Below, piece by piece: positions 1 through 13,100 of a stretch of DNA of 64,000 bases. The stretch spans positions 73,718,001-73,782,000 of the forward strand of contig CM060731.1 in the NCBI GenBank assembly GCA_030704615.1, written 5' to 3'. Every line of letters begins with the position of its first letter. Position 1 is the first letter of the stretch. Below the pieces are notes generated by a model that saw only the letters and a program-made list of their open reading frames with translations, searched no databases and had not been told where the DNA came from. The position numbers were made by a program, and so were the translations under genes. The DNA comes from Takakia lepidozioides. Lineage: Eukaryota; Plantae; Bryophyta.

Positions 1-17
1 AAAAACAAAAACAGAGT

Positions 18-54
18 AGAAGAGATGATCGGTGCCAATCATCACTTCTGCACT

Positions 55-89
<35 letters not shown>

Positions 90-731
90 CCCGTATTTTT
101 CCCTTAAAAAATAAAATAAAAACAGAATAGAAGTGATGATCGGTGCCGATCATAACTTCTGTTTTTCTTTTTTCTTTTCTTTTTCCGTATTTTTTCTTAT
201 TAAAAAAAAAAAACACAGAGTAGAAGTGATGATCGGCACCGATCATCACTTCTGTTTTTATTTATTTATTTATTTATAATAAATTTTACCAAAAACAAAA
301 AAAAACAGAAGTGATGATCGGTACCGATCATCATTTACAGTGCTTTAAGATTTTGCAGAGTATTTTTCATTTCGGCCAGAAATGTGGTTCACATTGTTTT
401 GCTTTCGTGTTTGAGTCCTGCATCTTTTCCCCCTTGCAAAGTTAGTTGTCCATCAAAACATGATCTTAGGGCTAGAAAGTGTCGATCATCACTCAAACTG
501 CTATGTGCGGATGCAGAGAAATCTTCATTTGGCCCAAAACTGTGAATTGCATCGTTTTGTTTTCGTGTTTCAGTCCTATTTTTCCCCGATTGAAACTGAA
601 ATCTTCAAGAAAATGTGATGATCGGCGGCGATCATCACATTTAGACCTTCTTTAGGGTGGTACTTGTGAGGTAGTAGAATTCCTATCAGCAGTCACTCTC
701 TATAGGGATGATCGCCGCCGATCATCACATT
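18..731. repeat. Array of ~30-bp palindromes (AGAAGTGATGATCGGNRCCGATCATCACTTCT-type) separated by A/T tracts; probable subterminal repeats of a DNA transposon truncated by the window edge
   Basis: Copies at ~18-49, 129-160, 222-253, 307-336, 611-642 and 707-731, plus a partial copy at ~476-492; the spacers are low-complexity poly-A/poly-T. Confidence 0.8.
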
Positions 732-835
732 CTCATGTTTTGTGAATTGACATGTTGGGAATTGCATTGGCTTTGCGAGTTCGCAGGTACACAAAATATG
801 TGCTCATGGAGAGAAAACACTTGAGCGGTGTCCCT

Positions 836-898
836 GATTATCTCGACATGTGGTCGGATCCTGACATGTGTCCGGATCTCCACATGTGGTCGGATCTT
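836..898 (+). repeat. Short tandem repeat, ~18-bp unit (ACATGTGGTCGGATC-like) x3
   Basis: gacatgtggtcggatcct / gacatgtgtccggatctc / cacatgtggtcggatct. Confidence 0.7.
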
Positions 899-2957
899 CG
901 CTTGGGATCACAAACCGATTCCGTATTCGACAGCCCCCTGCCCAGTTTTTGCTTCCTGTGTATGCAGAAGAAATGGCACTTCGCATGTCCGAGGCTCCAT
1001 CACCTGATCCCAAAATGTCTGCACGCGGGAGTAGACATCCCAGATCTGAAGTTATGAATTTTTTGGACTTGGATGCAGAGGATGCGGGGATATGTTATAA
1101 TGAGTCCGAGTCAGATTGACCTTTAAAATTTTTATGTACTCTTTCTCATAAAAGTATTTTGACTTGTTGCGACTGTTCATTTGTCCCAAGTACGAACGGA
1201 ATGACTAATTACAAAACACACATTCGCGGGTTGACATCGCCCCACATGATATTGAAAAACATGAAATCCAACAAAGTTCGAAATTGCTTTCAGGGAAAAA
1301 AACTACATCAATCCATCGCAGTGTTTGCACTCATTCCCCATACATTCATCCATTCTATATTCATCCATCCTGCATTCATGAATCATTCACATTGTTTGCA
1401 CTCATCAATGTTATATTCATCCATCCTACATTCATTCAATCGATCGGCACGATGTTAAAGATGTAGTCTGCAATGACTGGAAAAGATAAATCATTCCGCG
1501 GAAATAGGCACCTACCTTCTGTCCGCGGACTGCTGATGTGTCGTGACACCCATGAACTAACATGGTGACAACTGCTGACGCGGCGTGAGCCTGACTGCGT
1601 TCACGTGCTCAAGCGGCTAGGCTTACGCGGAGGTATTCCCCCATTAAATCAGTGTGCATAAGATCTCCAGGTTTAGAGGATCGAATTCTGTTGTCATGCT
1701 TTGGAAATGACTATCAGTGGTTCTTTCCATTCACACAACCTTTACATAAACTCACGATTGTTGATCCTCTGTCAACTATCTGTTTACATGACCAAAATGA
1801 TGGTGCCAAAGGGTAAGGCTCTTCTTAGCCTCGAACTCTCTATGAAAGCATATAGTCCTCAAATGCATTCACGAAAGTGAATATTGCACTGTTGCCTTGA
1901 GGAGTGGGAATGATGACCTCTAATCTGAAGCTCATAGAGTTTGTTTTGTCTTCTTCTCGTCATCACTACTCTTCCGTTGCCATTCTTGTCAATGAGACGA
2001 CAAGTGTGCTTGTCATACAAGGTTATGATATCTTTGTCTGCCGCTTGTCCTATCGAGAACAATTTTTTCCGCAAATCAGGGATATAAAGAACAATGCAAA
2101 TAATTCATTGCTCCCACTGATCTTCGATACAACGGTTGATCTCTATGTCTCCTATTCCTTCAATCCACATTCTTCAATTGTTTGCAACAATGACTGACCA
2201 ATGTCATTTAGGAATCGTTCTCAAAGTTTTGAACCACTTTAGGTCCCCTGTCACGTGCTCAATGGCATCACCATCAGCATACCAAACGTTTGGCTCTGCT
2301 ATCTGTGAGATCGTTGCAAAAGCTTTGGAGACTGCAGCAAACGCCGTGCCTATCTGTGGATGTACGGCTGCTTGATTTGCTTCACTACCTTTGTCTTCCC
2401 TTTTCTTCTGCTTGCATTCTTTCTCCCAATGATCTTTCTCTCCACAGTTGTTACACCTAGTTCTGATTTTTTTCAACTTTATTATCCTGTCATTCCTTTG
2501 TTTTCTCTGTTCCCCTGTCAACCTAGGAAATCTTCTCCCACTGGCTCTATGACCGCCTCTACTAGTGCCACCAACTCGATAACTCCCAATACTCATTCCT
2601 ACAAAGAAAACTTGATCGATTGCCTCATCAAGTTTCCCATGCTATTTATTCATCATTTCTTCTTTCATTAATCTCGTAGTGAAATTTGCCAAGGTGCCAT
2701 GCTCTGGTAGAATACTGTCCCATGCTGCAAGAAGATATCTATAGCTTGGTGGCAAGCTACATATTATCTTAGTAAAAACTACCTTCTCCGAAGTTACTTC
2801 TCCAAGATCACTCAACTAACTCGACATGGACTCTACAGTATTGATATGGCTAACAATATCGTCGTCCTCTTTCATACGATGTTCAAAGAATCTCTGCTGA
2901 AGAATGTGAATGTTCTCGCTAGCACTCTGTTCATGTATGGACATGAGTTTATTCCAC

Positions 2958-3698
2958 AGGGTATTCGCAGGATTGGGTATCTCAGTTTTTGTGTAACATG
3001 GCAGTTTCTGCAGTGACCTCCCTACATGGTTTTACCCATATTTGTTCAACAACTCAATATTTCATCTAAAATTGATATGATATAGGGTTTCTAACTACAA
3101 TAGGTATGTGTACCAATTGTTAGAATGCAAAAACAATCATGTACCAGAGAGCCATGGACTTTTAAAGTTGATTACTGTGGAGTGCAGATGTTACACATAA
3201 AATCTTATGGACTGAAAAAACATCATGTACACTCATATATTGGCACAAAGGAAAACACACTAAAGGTGCTATTTTTAAATCCAACCCAAATCCACTTTTA
3301 TATGGACTAGTTATCTTAGGAATTGGATTATTTTGCACATAAAAACAGGTTGATTTGCTTTAGTCCATAACATCTTATAGTTTGGGTTTTTGAGGTATCG
3401 TCTTTTACTAAAAAAACATACAAACCTATAATCTAGAGGTGCCAGGTGGTATATGGACAAATGTTTGTAAACTCTAAATTTTGACGTGTAAATGTTTTTT
3501 CAAATTAAAAATTAAAATATCTAGTAAAGAATATTTTCAATATTTGAGGAGGGACTCTTTACTAAAAATGTTATGTATACTACTATCTATCTTTAAAAAT
3601 AAACTGAAAGCAATAGACTCAACAAAAAATAAAATTCCATGGACTTCCAGTGGATTCAACATGTGCCGCTTTTGATCACCCAATCCTGCAACTGCCCT
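2958..3698. mobile_element. Non-autonomous TIR DNA element (741 bp) inserted in Copia gag
   Basis: TIRs AGGGTATTCGCAGGATTGGGT and revcomp AGGGCAGTTGCAGGATTGGGT (18/21 identical); AC on both flanks; removing the element and one AC restores gag ...AAQM-WNK... Confidence 0.85.
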
Positions 3699-4001
3699 AC
3701 ATTTGAGCGGCTGTTTTGCATGTTATCAACTGTTGAAGATACTTCTTATTCAATGCTGTGCACAGAAGCATCGTGGCTGCATTATCTTTGTTATCCCAAT
3801 CTTGTTGGTCTTTTGCATCTGCTCTAGTTTCTAAACCATTGACTACCCCAAACAATTTCTTAGACCCGAATACCATTTGCATTGGAAACTTCCAAAGCTG
3901 AAAGTTCTGACCATCAAATCTTTCAATATTAACCAGTTTTTTGACGTCTAACCCTCTCGAATTCATCTTGTGCGCAACTTCAAAGCTGTGGGCCCATAGC
4001 C

Positions 4002-4279
4002 TATTGAAGTATGCTAATTATTATACTCACATACAATAACGTGCATAATCACCAAAATGAGATCATATTGCATCTGCATGCATCAGAGTTACTACACAAA
4101 GCGTCTCTTAGATCTGTTTATCTAGAGTGCAGAGAAACAGAATCAGATCGAATACACTTCAAAAATCACTGGAAAGCCACCACGACGATCATAACGAAGT
4201 ATACAGAAACTATCCATGGTGAATATAACAGCTAAAAATAAGAGTAGTAACAAAGTTAACTGCATGTAATTCTCCAATA
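4002..4279 (-). repeat. 5' LTR of the Copia remnant (TATTG...CAATA ends) followed by a half-tRNAMet-type PBS
   Basis: The minus strand begins TATTGGAG (4279) and ends TTCAATA (4002), followed immediately by GGCTATGGGCCCA, which resembles the GGTTATGGGCCCAG PBS. Confidence 0.65.
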
Positions 4280-5143
4280 AGTACGTGGGCGGAGAGGTCT
4301 TAGCAAAGAGTACCCCAAGTTAATATAATATCCAAATAATGGACTTATGTGCTTGGAATCCATTCATGTCCACTCTCCAACCTCGTAGTAGAGGAGCGAA
4401 GGAACTAGATGAAAGAGGAATGGGCAAGCCATTGAAATTCTAGGCGCATAGGAGAAGAAGGGTTGTTGTTACCATCAATGAGGTTTATGACACGAATATC
4501 AAAAAGGTTGTCTGCATGGAGAACTCCTGACTAGAATAAGAAATGAAGCCCATGATATCCGCTTGAAACCCAAAGCCAGAAGCAATTCCATGAGACACAG
4601 TGAGCACGAGGGTAGCATGACAAGGGGAACCATCAGTACATCCCTTCCAAGCTTGGGGTGGTGCCGAAGGAAGGCCTTGCCGAAAGAGAGGGTCCCCAGG
4701 TGCGAAAAACTTCTGAAGAGATTAAATGCCAACCGTACTGTTTATCCCAAAGTCGTTTTATAATATTCGAAATAATGTAGTTCTTCAGCGAACCATAACC
4801 AAGTCTTCAACTAAAAGACTGATCAATAAAAATTTGCGCAGTAAGTGAAATTTTATAACCCAACAAATCCACTTAAAATGTGTAGCTCACTAAATAACCA
4901 CATAATGCCAAACCTGATGCCGAACCAAATTCTGATCCAAACTATAACCCAAAATAAATATAAAAACTACTATCCATATGTATACTTTGTCCCACACCTT
5001 CCATCGACCTTGATGAAAACAACAACAAATTAAGGTGTAGTCTTAATATTAATGTGAGCATATAAAAATACTGCGTCTAAAATTTCTAAAATTTGCTCAT
5101 ATAATGTTCATTTTTGGTGTTCTGCTCACCAAAAATTGGGTCT

Positions 5144-5325
5144 ACTCACCTACTCACCAACTAACAACACCCTTTTTATAGCCACCATTATAGTAAAAAT
5201 TTACTATTATAATAATAAGAAGAATTTTAAAATAAATACATTCGGGAATGACCACTCTCGGTACCTTCATTAGATTGAGAGGAGCAAATAAATAGGGTGT
5301 TGGTAGTTGGTGAGCATGTGAGTAC
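5144..5325. repeat. Inverted repeat / small MITE-like foldback
   Basis: TACTCACCAACTAACAACACCC (~5151-5172) pairs with GGGTGTTGGTAGTTGGTGAGCA (~5295-5316). Confidence 0.55.
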
Positions 5326-5679
5326 CATTTATTTTAACAGTTATAGCTACTAAAAATTTGTTGTTATAACACCATAATAATAGGCAGTTGGTTGCCAACA
5401 TGTATAAGAGTTGATAATCAACACGATTCTAGCAAACACTTATAATGATAGGACCTATCATTCAATATGATTTTCTTTTTTCTCTTGTAATTGATTCATA
5501 AGCTGTCTTGATGATGTAAAATGACTTGCAATAAAAGTTTTGGATGAAAAAACTACAATAGCTATAGCGAGTGCACAATGATCTATTGATTGTCACAAAA
5601 AGCTCTGTGTCCAATAGATATAGCACTAGGGTAGCTTGTGCCGCTGGCCCATGTGTGAAGAATTGAAATCTAAGACCAA

Positions 5680-6485
5680 GCACAATTTCCTATGTATCCA
5701 AAGTGCATCTCCTATGTTAAGGCCCATCTAAGCCCAAAAGTGCAATCTCCTATGTATCCAAGTGCTTCTCCCATGTAGAGGCCCAAGTGCAACCTCCAGT
5801 GTCATTCCAAAACTTAATTTGGAAAATTAGTTGAATTTTCGGTGACCAAAATTGTTCATATTTCTATAATTCTCTGCCCGTAGGTCCAAATTTTGTGAAA
5901 CCAAGTCGGTGCACCCCTACTTATCGAGGGCTTTCCTACGGTACCAACATCATGGCCTCTATCTAAGCCCAAGTGCAACCTCCAGTGTCCTTCCAATACT
6001 TGATTTTGTAATTTAGTTGAATTTTCAGCGACCAAAATTGTTTATAATTCCATAAGTCTCTGCCCATAGGTCCAAATTCTGTGAAACCAAGTGAGTGCAC
6101 CCCTACTCATCGAGGCTTTCCAACGGTACTAAAATCGTGGCAAAAGGCCCCGCTGTTTGGGAGATTTGAACGACACTACAAACGATATTGTGAATGCCAA
6201 TATTACCAAAAAAAAAACCTAGTTTACATTTACGTCCCCGTGCACAAAAGACAAATGAAGGGCCACTCATTGTTCCAGGAAAGCCCACTTTGCTATTTTT
6301 CATGATTTTCCAGCCACCAAAAGTACTTGAAATTCCACATCTCCGGAAACCATAGGTCCAAAAATTATGAGACCAAGTCAGTGCACCCCTCCTCATCGAG
6401 GGCTTTCCAACGGTAACAAGCACCAGGGCTTGGGGCCCGCGGATTGGGAGATGTCAACGCTACAAAACAAAACAAAAACAAACAA
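5680..6485 (+). repeat. Internally repeated dispersed element (TGCACCCCTNCTCATCGAGGGCTTTCCAACGGTA core x3)
   Basis: Core at ~5910, ~6095 and ~6382; an inverted homolog lies at ~51840-52090. Confidence 0.75.
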
Positions 6486-8779
6486 TAATGATGAAATACC
6501 ATCCTCAACACAACTTGCATTTTCATTGTTTTGAATGGTACCATGTAAGCTTCTCCTGTGAGGAAGACAACCCTGCTCATCAGTTCCAGACATAACACAA
6601 AGGAAAAAAAATGCTTTGAGCTCCACACGAGCAAACATTTTTTAGAGACTAATTTGTCGCATGGTAGCTATCAAAAACTTGCAGACATAGATTAAATTAT
6701 TTTCCTTTTTGTTTTGAAATACTAATAAACCTGTCAAATATGCCATGTCATAGTTGGTTTGCTATTTGCAAGGTAGACCTGAAGATGTGAAACATTAAGC
6801 CAATTGCATCATAATTGATGTGAGAATGCTACTTGTTTGAGGTTGTGCAATTTACTATGTTTTTTAATTATGTGAGGGATTCAACAATATTGCGTATGTG
6901 GTACTGTCTACAGTGCGATGGGCAAGTATGTAGTGTGTTCAATTGCATAGTAAGTACTAACTGTTGCAAAATTCCATCCAAACATTCACTCCACAGTTCA
7001 TTTCTATACGAATATTAAGAAGACATTAACTGATGTCAAATGTGGTTGTTGAGATTCCCATGGAGCTGGATGAGAAACTTGAGGTTGCTCTTTCTCTACT
7101 TTTTTGGTTTATTCACAACACGGCATGTTCACAAATGATACAACAGATAATTTGATAATTCTTTGTCTATCCTACGACTTTCTAAAACTTTAGGTATGGG
7201 AAATCAAATGAATGCTGATGATTCAAAAGAATTTGGACCTTTGTCCTCATGTTATTCCAATTTTCCTGATAATCTAGTTTATTTTGGTAGTGCATTCTTC
7301 TTCTTCAGCAAAAAAAATATTACGTTACTAGCTCCTCTCAAATGTGGGTTCAAAGTTATTAGGTTGTCACATTGATGGATGTTAGCCTAGTACCTTGCTA
7401 AGTGTTTCTTTGATTGAAATAAAATAGCAAGGCCATGGAGAGAGGGTTGTTAGGCGCACTTCACACTTTGCACAAATAAACGTTGGACTTTTTGTAAAAC
7501 CTGTATCCATTTTTTTTGCATATTATTTCCTGAAATCGTCACAACGCAAAAGTGCTAACTCCGTGAAGTTTTGAGAACTCTGCCTCTCGCCTTAAAGTAA
7601 ATCCATGGGGATTCATTACAATACAAAGTGGGTTTTTTCGACTCTCTCTTCCACTCATTTTTGAGTTGTTTGTGACACTTTTACTGTCACCCTCTACAGT
7701 CAAACGGGTCTAACACGTAGTGACAATGGTCAAGTCGTCTCAGTCAAGCAGTCAGAGTGGTCTTATAGGTGAAATGTGATAGTAAAACAACGGGACCCAC
7801 CCAAGCTTGGAGGATGTATGGTGCGGAGTAAAGTTATTTAACTATAGGTCAACTGATTTTGGGATGAATATATAGTGAAATTATTAACTGTTCTTGTTGG
7901 AAGGTTGCGATATGTAGTAAAGAGAAGTATTTAAAAAATAAATAAATAAATGATGAACATGAGGATTGTAGCCCTGTAGAACTTTATTAAATGGTAAGGA
8001 AAAAATAACCTTACATCTGCCATGAGGCTGAATAATGAGGGTCCACAAACCAAGAAGAGAAAAGAACCTAAGCAGCGAGAAGAGATAGACTTATACAGAC
8101 ATAAGCTATCACAGAGCCAGGAAGAGCCAACAGAAACAGAGATCAGATTCATCCGAGATGAGCCAAGTCCAAGAGAGGGGGGGAAGTAACCTGCAGCAAA
8201 GCTTACAAACAAGCAACTAACAAGCTACAGGCTACATACTACCCCTTTAACGGTTCGGAGTGTCAAAAGAAAGCTGCGCTTTAGACTTTCCATTTCTTAA
8301 GCTAGGCTTGTGTCTCCAGTTTACTTCAGCCTCCTCGGTGTCCAGCGTGGTATTAGAAATTGTGTGCGAACAACGGTTAAACATTTCTTCTACATCAGCC
8401 CAGAGGGTGAACCCAGTGAAGCTTGGTACTAATTGAGCTGCCAGCGGGGAAGGAGGTTGTCTTCCCATAATTCGAGAGTCTGAAAGCCTCTCGAAGTACT
8501 ATATATTTCACTGGATGGTGCTTTCCAGTAGTATGGTGTACCGGTTCTATTATATAATGCCAATATTTAGTGACAATAATCTACCATATGCAATGAAGAT
8601 TTACTATTGGGACTAATTGACTGTATAGTGCAGGGTTTTACTCTGAATCAGTGAATTAGTGAGGCATTTTTTGATATATACATATTGTACATATATAATA
8701 CATATACATATACATATACATTACATAGAAAATATACATATATAATACATTTTTTGTCAAACCTACACATTTGAGCAGA

Positions 8780-9400
8780 ATAGAACCATAGACCAAAAAG
8801 GTCCTGGGCGAAGATACTGACCAACATATGGATTTCCAGGTGAGACAGATGGCCCTGTGACAGGCAAACCAAGGAAATCCATAATTTAGTAAATATACCA
8901 AGTCTTCTTCTACCCAAGACTTCCCTATACACCACTTCCCTATACACTTGTGTGACGAAGGAGACCACATTGCTCTTCCAGTATGACATAAACTAGAGAA
9001 AAAATAGAGCCCATTCTCAATGCACCAGATTTGAGGCCACCTCCCAGTTAGCAAACAACCAACAGAAATTCAGTACTAGGAGCTTTCAGTGCACAGACTA
9101 CTCAAGCACGATACAATGAAGAGCCCGCTCTATCTGCCTCGTAGTTTACAACCTTATCAAATTAGATGACACAAAAAGTGCTTGGACCCACATATTTGGG
9201 CAAGCTAGGGCCATAGACTGAGCAAAGATACTGACCAACATATGGATTTCCAGGTGCAGCTCATGGTCCTGCAACATATAAATCATGTCCATAATTTACT
9301 CACAAAGCTGACTTTTGACCTAGACATTTTTACTTGCGGTGCCATGCTCCCTTTTTATTCTGTAGCAAATGAAATGCACCAGATTCAGCCCCAGCAACTC
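8780..9400. repeat. Diverged local duplication (~400-bp period)
   Basis: AAGATACTGACCAACATATGGATTTCCAGGTG at ~8811 and ~9225; AATGCACCAGATT at ~9019 and ~9373. Confidence 0.6.
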
Positions 9401-10697
9401 TTGTATTTTAAAGCCGCTTTTCATCTTGAAAGTGAAGTCACAAGGGATATGATGGAAATCACAGAAGGTGATGGGGAGTACCATGGTGAAGGTAAGATAG
9501 GTTTGCTGGAAGAGGGATCAGAAACCTGAAAACCAAAAAAGAAACATATTAGCTGAGATGGTTTACTCACGGAAGAAAGAGTGACAGAAAACAGCATACA
9601 AAATTGGCATGTAAAGGAGGCATCAAATAGTGGAGGTAAAACAGCAAGAGTTGAAGGGCAAAGTTTGGGCTGTCATCATCAGCTTCTTGTTTCACGCTTG
9701 GAAGAAGAGGACAAGATCAGGAGAACCAGAAGTTGATCATCAGCAACATGTAAGGTTGAAGTGCCAAGGGAGCACCCTGTTCAATCACCAAGACATAGAC
9801 CAGAGTCAAATTCTGATCACTGCACCACAAGGAGACATTAGTGCACGATCTGAGTCTAGCTCTGAGCTGGCTGTAATGATAGAAGGAAAGGACTTGAACT
9901 TACTTCTTCGCAAAGTGACCAGAAAGGTTGGTAAGGAGAAGCCTGCAGTAACTAGCAAGGAGGGACACAATCGTCCTTAATATGTAGCCAGCATTATAGG
10001 AAGCGTGAGGTAGGGAGAACTTCAAGGCATGACCCACCAAAGCGGGCACAAATTAAAGAAAGGAACAAGGGAGTCAAGGGCAAAGGGAGGCTGACCTGTG
10101 ACGAAGAGAAAGCAAGCATGACAAGAAGAAGAAATGTGAAGCTGGTTGGCACCATGAATGAGTACTTCGACAACAAGAAGAAAATGAAGCAGATAAACAC
10201 ATTATTGATGGTGCAAGTGGAGGATGCCAAATCAAGACTGGACAGCAAAGTTCAGGTTTAAGTCAGAATACATGCTCTGACCATTCAGCAAAGGGAAAAG
10301 GTCAGGGATGCAAATCAAATGAAGATCAATACATGACGAAATGTGGAGTTCGTCGGCACTTTAATGAATACTTTGACAACAAGGGTGCTGTAACATATGA
10401 ACTAGTAGAAGGGTCAGACATTGACCTTTACCTGAAACTGGAGAACTTCCTTGGACAAAATAATCGATGATCCCTCAGTGAAATGAGGGTGACAGGAGGA
10501 AACAAAGATGAGCCAACTCAGTGGATGAAGGAACCACCTTTCGAAAGTGATGAAGACTCTTCATTTTGTATTCAGCAGTGGCATGGTTTTGACACGGTAT
10601 ATTTTAAGCAAAAGGAGCAGTATGTGGAGGACGAGTCAACCAAAGCATTTGTAGACAACTGTTTGAATCTTGAGTGGACTGGATGTTGGCAGATCCA

Positions 10698-13100
10698 CTA
10701 CCTTAGTCTCCAGACACAAAACCAATGGCCAGCTCCTCACTGTGGTGGCAAAGAGAAAATTCCTTTTCCTCCTCCCCCACATCATGCAATACAAAGCGCG
10801 TGTCAGGCACATACCCCACCTCCTTCATCTGCCCAGACAATGTTCTCAGCTCAGCATGGATTTCCTTAATTCTGGGATGCAACTTGTCATCTACAACGAA
10901 GGTGTGCACCCTGTTGCCAACCTCAATGCAGCAGCGACCTGGCTCCTTTCTAACCCCTCTGCCCTTCATCAGTCTTCTCACCTTTGCAGTATCATCCCAC
11001 CTGCCAACTGCAGCATAGATGTTTGATAGCGACACATAATTCGCGGCATCCTGTTCATCCCATTTGAGGATAGATGTTGCCACACATCAGCCATTTCCAT
11101 ATTGCCATGGATTCTGCAGGCACCAAGCAAGGCCTTCCACACCGCAACATCTGGATTGATTGGCATCTTATTAATCAGATCCACTGCCTCATCCAGTTGC
11201 CCCGCATGTCCAAGAAGGTCCACCATACAGCCAAAGTGCTTTACTGGTTGGAGCTGTGACACCATGATCTTGATTTCCTTCATTCAGTAGGCCAGTGTGG
11301 CTGCATGCAGAGAGAACACATATAAAGGTGACACTGTCCGGCTTCCAGCCATTCTTTTGCATTCCTTCAAATAGTTGCAGGACCTCCCTATGACAACCAT
11401 GCTGGGCATATCCTGCGATCATCGCGTTCCACGACACCACATTTCATTCAGCCATATATTTTCGAACACTCCCTTCGCATCCTCAATGCACCCACATTTG
11501 GCATACATGTCCACAAGGGCAGTGTTCAGAATGACATGGGTACAATTCCAGCTTTGACGATGTCACCATGGACCTCTTTGCCCTTTTCCAGGGCTGCCAG
11601 GCTTGCACACGCATTGCAAACGGAAACAAATGTGATGTGGTCAGGCTTCACCCCTTCCCCCAGCATTGGCTCATAGGTTTCGAAAGCCTCCATCCCGCGC
11701 CCTTGCTGTGCATATCCTGCAATCATTACACTCCACGTCACCAAATATCGTTCAGCCATACTGTCGAACACTCCCTCCGCATCCTCGATGCACCCACATT
11801 TTTCATACATGTCCACGAGGGTATTGTTCCATCTGGTACAATTCCAGCTTTTGCGATGCAACCATGCACCTCTTTGCCCTTTTCCAGGGCTGCACACGCA
11901 CTGCAAATGCACACAAACGTGATGTGGGGTCGGGCTTCACCCCTTCCACCATCATTTGCACATAGGTCTCCAAAGCCTCCATCCCGCGCCCCTGCTGTGC
12001 ATACCCTGCAAGCATCGCATTCCACGACACCACATTTCATTCAGCCATATTGTTGAACACTGCCTTAGCATCCTCGATGCTCCCACATTTGTCATACATG
12101 TCCACAAGGGAATAGTTCAGAATGACATCGGGTACAATTCCAGCTCTGACAATGTCACCGTGGGCCTCTTTGCCCTTGCATCCTCGATGCTCCCACATTT
12201 GTCATACATGTCCACGAGGGCATAGTTCAAAATGACATCGGGTACAATTCCAGCTCTGACAATGTCACCATGGGCCTCTTTGCCCTTTTCCAGAGTTGCC
12301 AAGCTTGCACACGCATTGCAAACGCACACAAACGTGATGTGGTTGGGCTTCACCCCTTCCCCCATCATTTGCTCATAGGTCGCCAAAGCCTCCACCCCAC
12401 GTCCCTGCTGTGCATACCCTGCAAGCATCGCACTCCACGACACCACATCTCGTTCAGCCATATTGTTGAAAACTGCCTTTGCATCCTTAGTGCACCGAGA
12501 TTTGGCATACATGTCCACCAGGGCAGTGTTCAGAATGACATCTGGTACAATTCCAGCTTTGACGATGTCACTTTTACCTCTTTCCCCCTTTCCAGGGCTC
12601 CCAGGCTTGAACACGCATTGCAAACACAAACAAACGTGATGAGGTTGGGCTTCACCCCTTCGCGCATCATTTGCTGATAGGTCTCCAAAGCATTCCTACC
12701 ACACCCATGCTTGGTAAATCCTGCCAACATCATATTTCACGTGATCAAAGATCGTTGAGGCATTCTGTTGAACACTTGGTGAGCATCCATGATGCTCCCA
12801 CACTTAACATACATGTTAACAGGGGTGTTGAGTAGAAAAACATTTGGCGTGAATCCACTTTGGATAATGTCAGTGTGCACCTGCTTTCCAGCTTCAAGGC
12901 CTTTTATCTTGATGCACTTATGCAAGAGACAGACATACGTATCTGAATCTGCTGAAATGCCTCCTTGGTTTAAAGTCTGTAGAGCCTCTTTCAGTCTGCC
13001 TGCCTCACAAAGCATCCTGAAGTGCCATAAAAGGCATTGTGGACTCCCTCTCCTGATCCTCTTCCAGAAGCTGCGGTCATGGTTGAGGTGACTGGTTTAT
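10698..13100 (-). pseudogene. PLS-class PPR-E-DYW (PG-type) RNA-editing factor pseudogene with many frameshifts
   Basis: Fragmented ORFs carry P/L/S motifs (VVSWNAMIAGYAQHG, ITFVCVCNACASLA, NTALVDMYAKCG), E motifs (HFGCMVDLLGHAG, AANYVSLSNIYA), PG box PGRCCIEV and CHHSEELAI; the CxxC segment is absent. Confidence 0.9.

Larger units (their letters stand above)
1650..4279 (-). mobile_element. Degenerate Ty1/Copia LTR retrotransposon, 5' part (LTR, PBS, gag, protease), interrupted by a TIR element
   Basis: gag N-terminus IERFDGQNFQLWKF at 3697-3966; gag continues WNKLMSIHEQSASENIHILQQRFF below 2957; zinc knuckle CNNCGEKDHWEKEC and protease-like WYADGDAIEHVT in 2204-2596; many stops. The left boundary is approximate. 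Confidence 0.85.

Noticed and set aside
18-731. CRISPR-like palindromic repeats with spacers
   Set aside because: Spacers are homopolymer tracts of variable length, there are no cas genes, and the context is eukaryotic
4631-7825. Short inverted similarity around CCAAGCTTGG at ~4645 and ~7800
   Set aside because: Only ~25 bp, with no TSD or other support for an element
9997-10400. Lys-rich open frame on + (RRNVKLVGTMNEYFDNK, partly repeated) and splice-like signals on -
   Set aside because: No recognisable domain or coherent gene model
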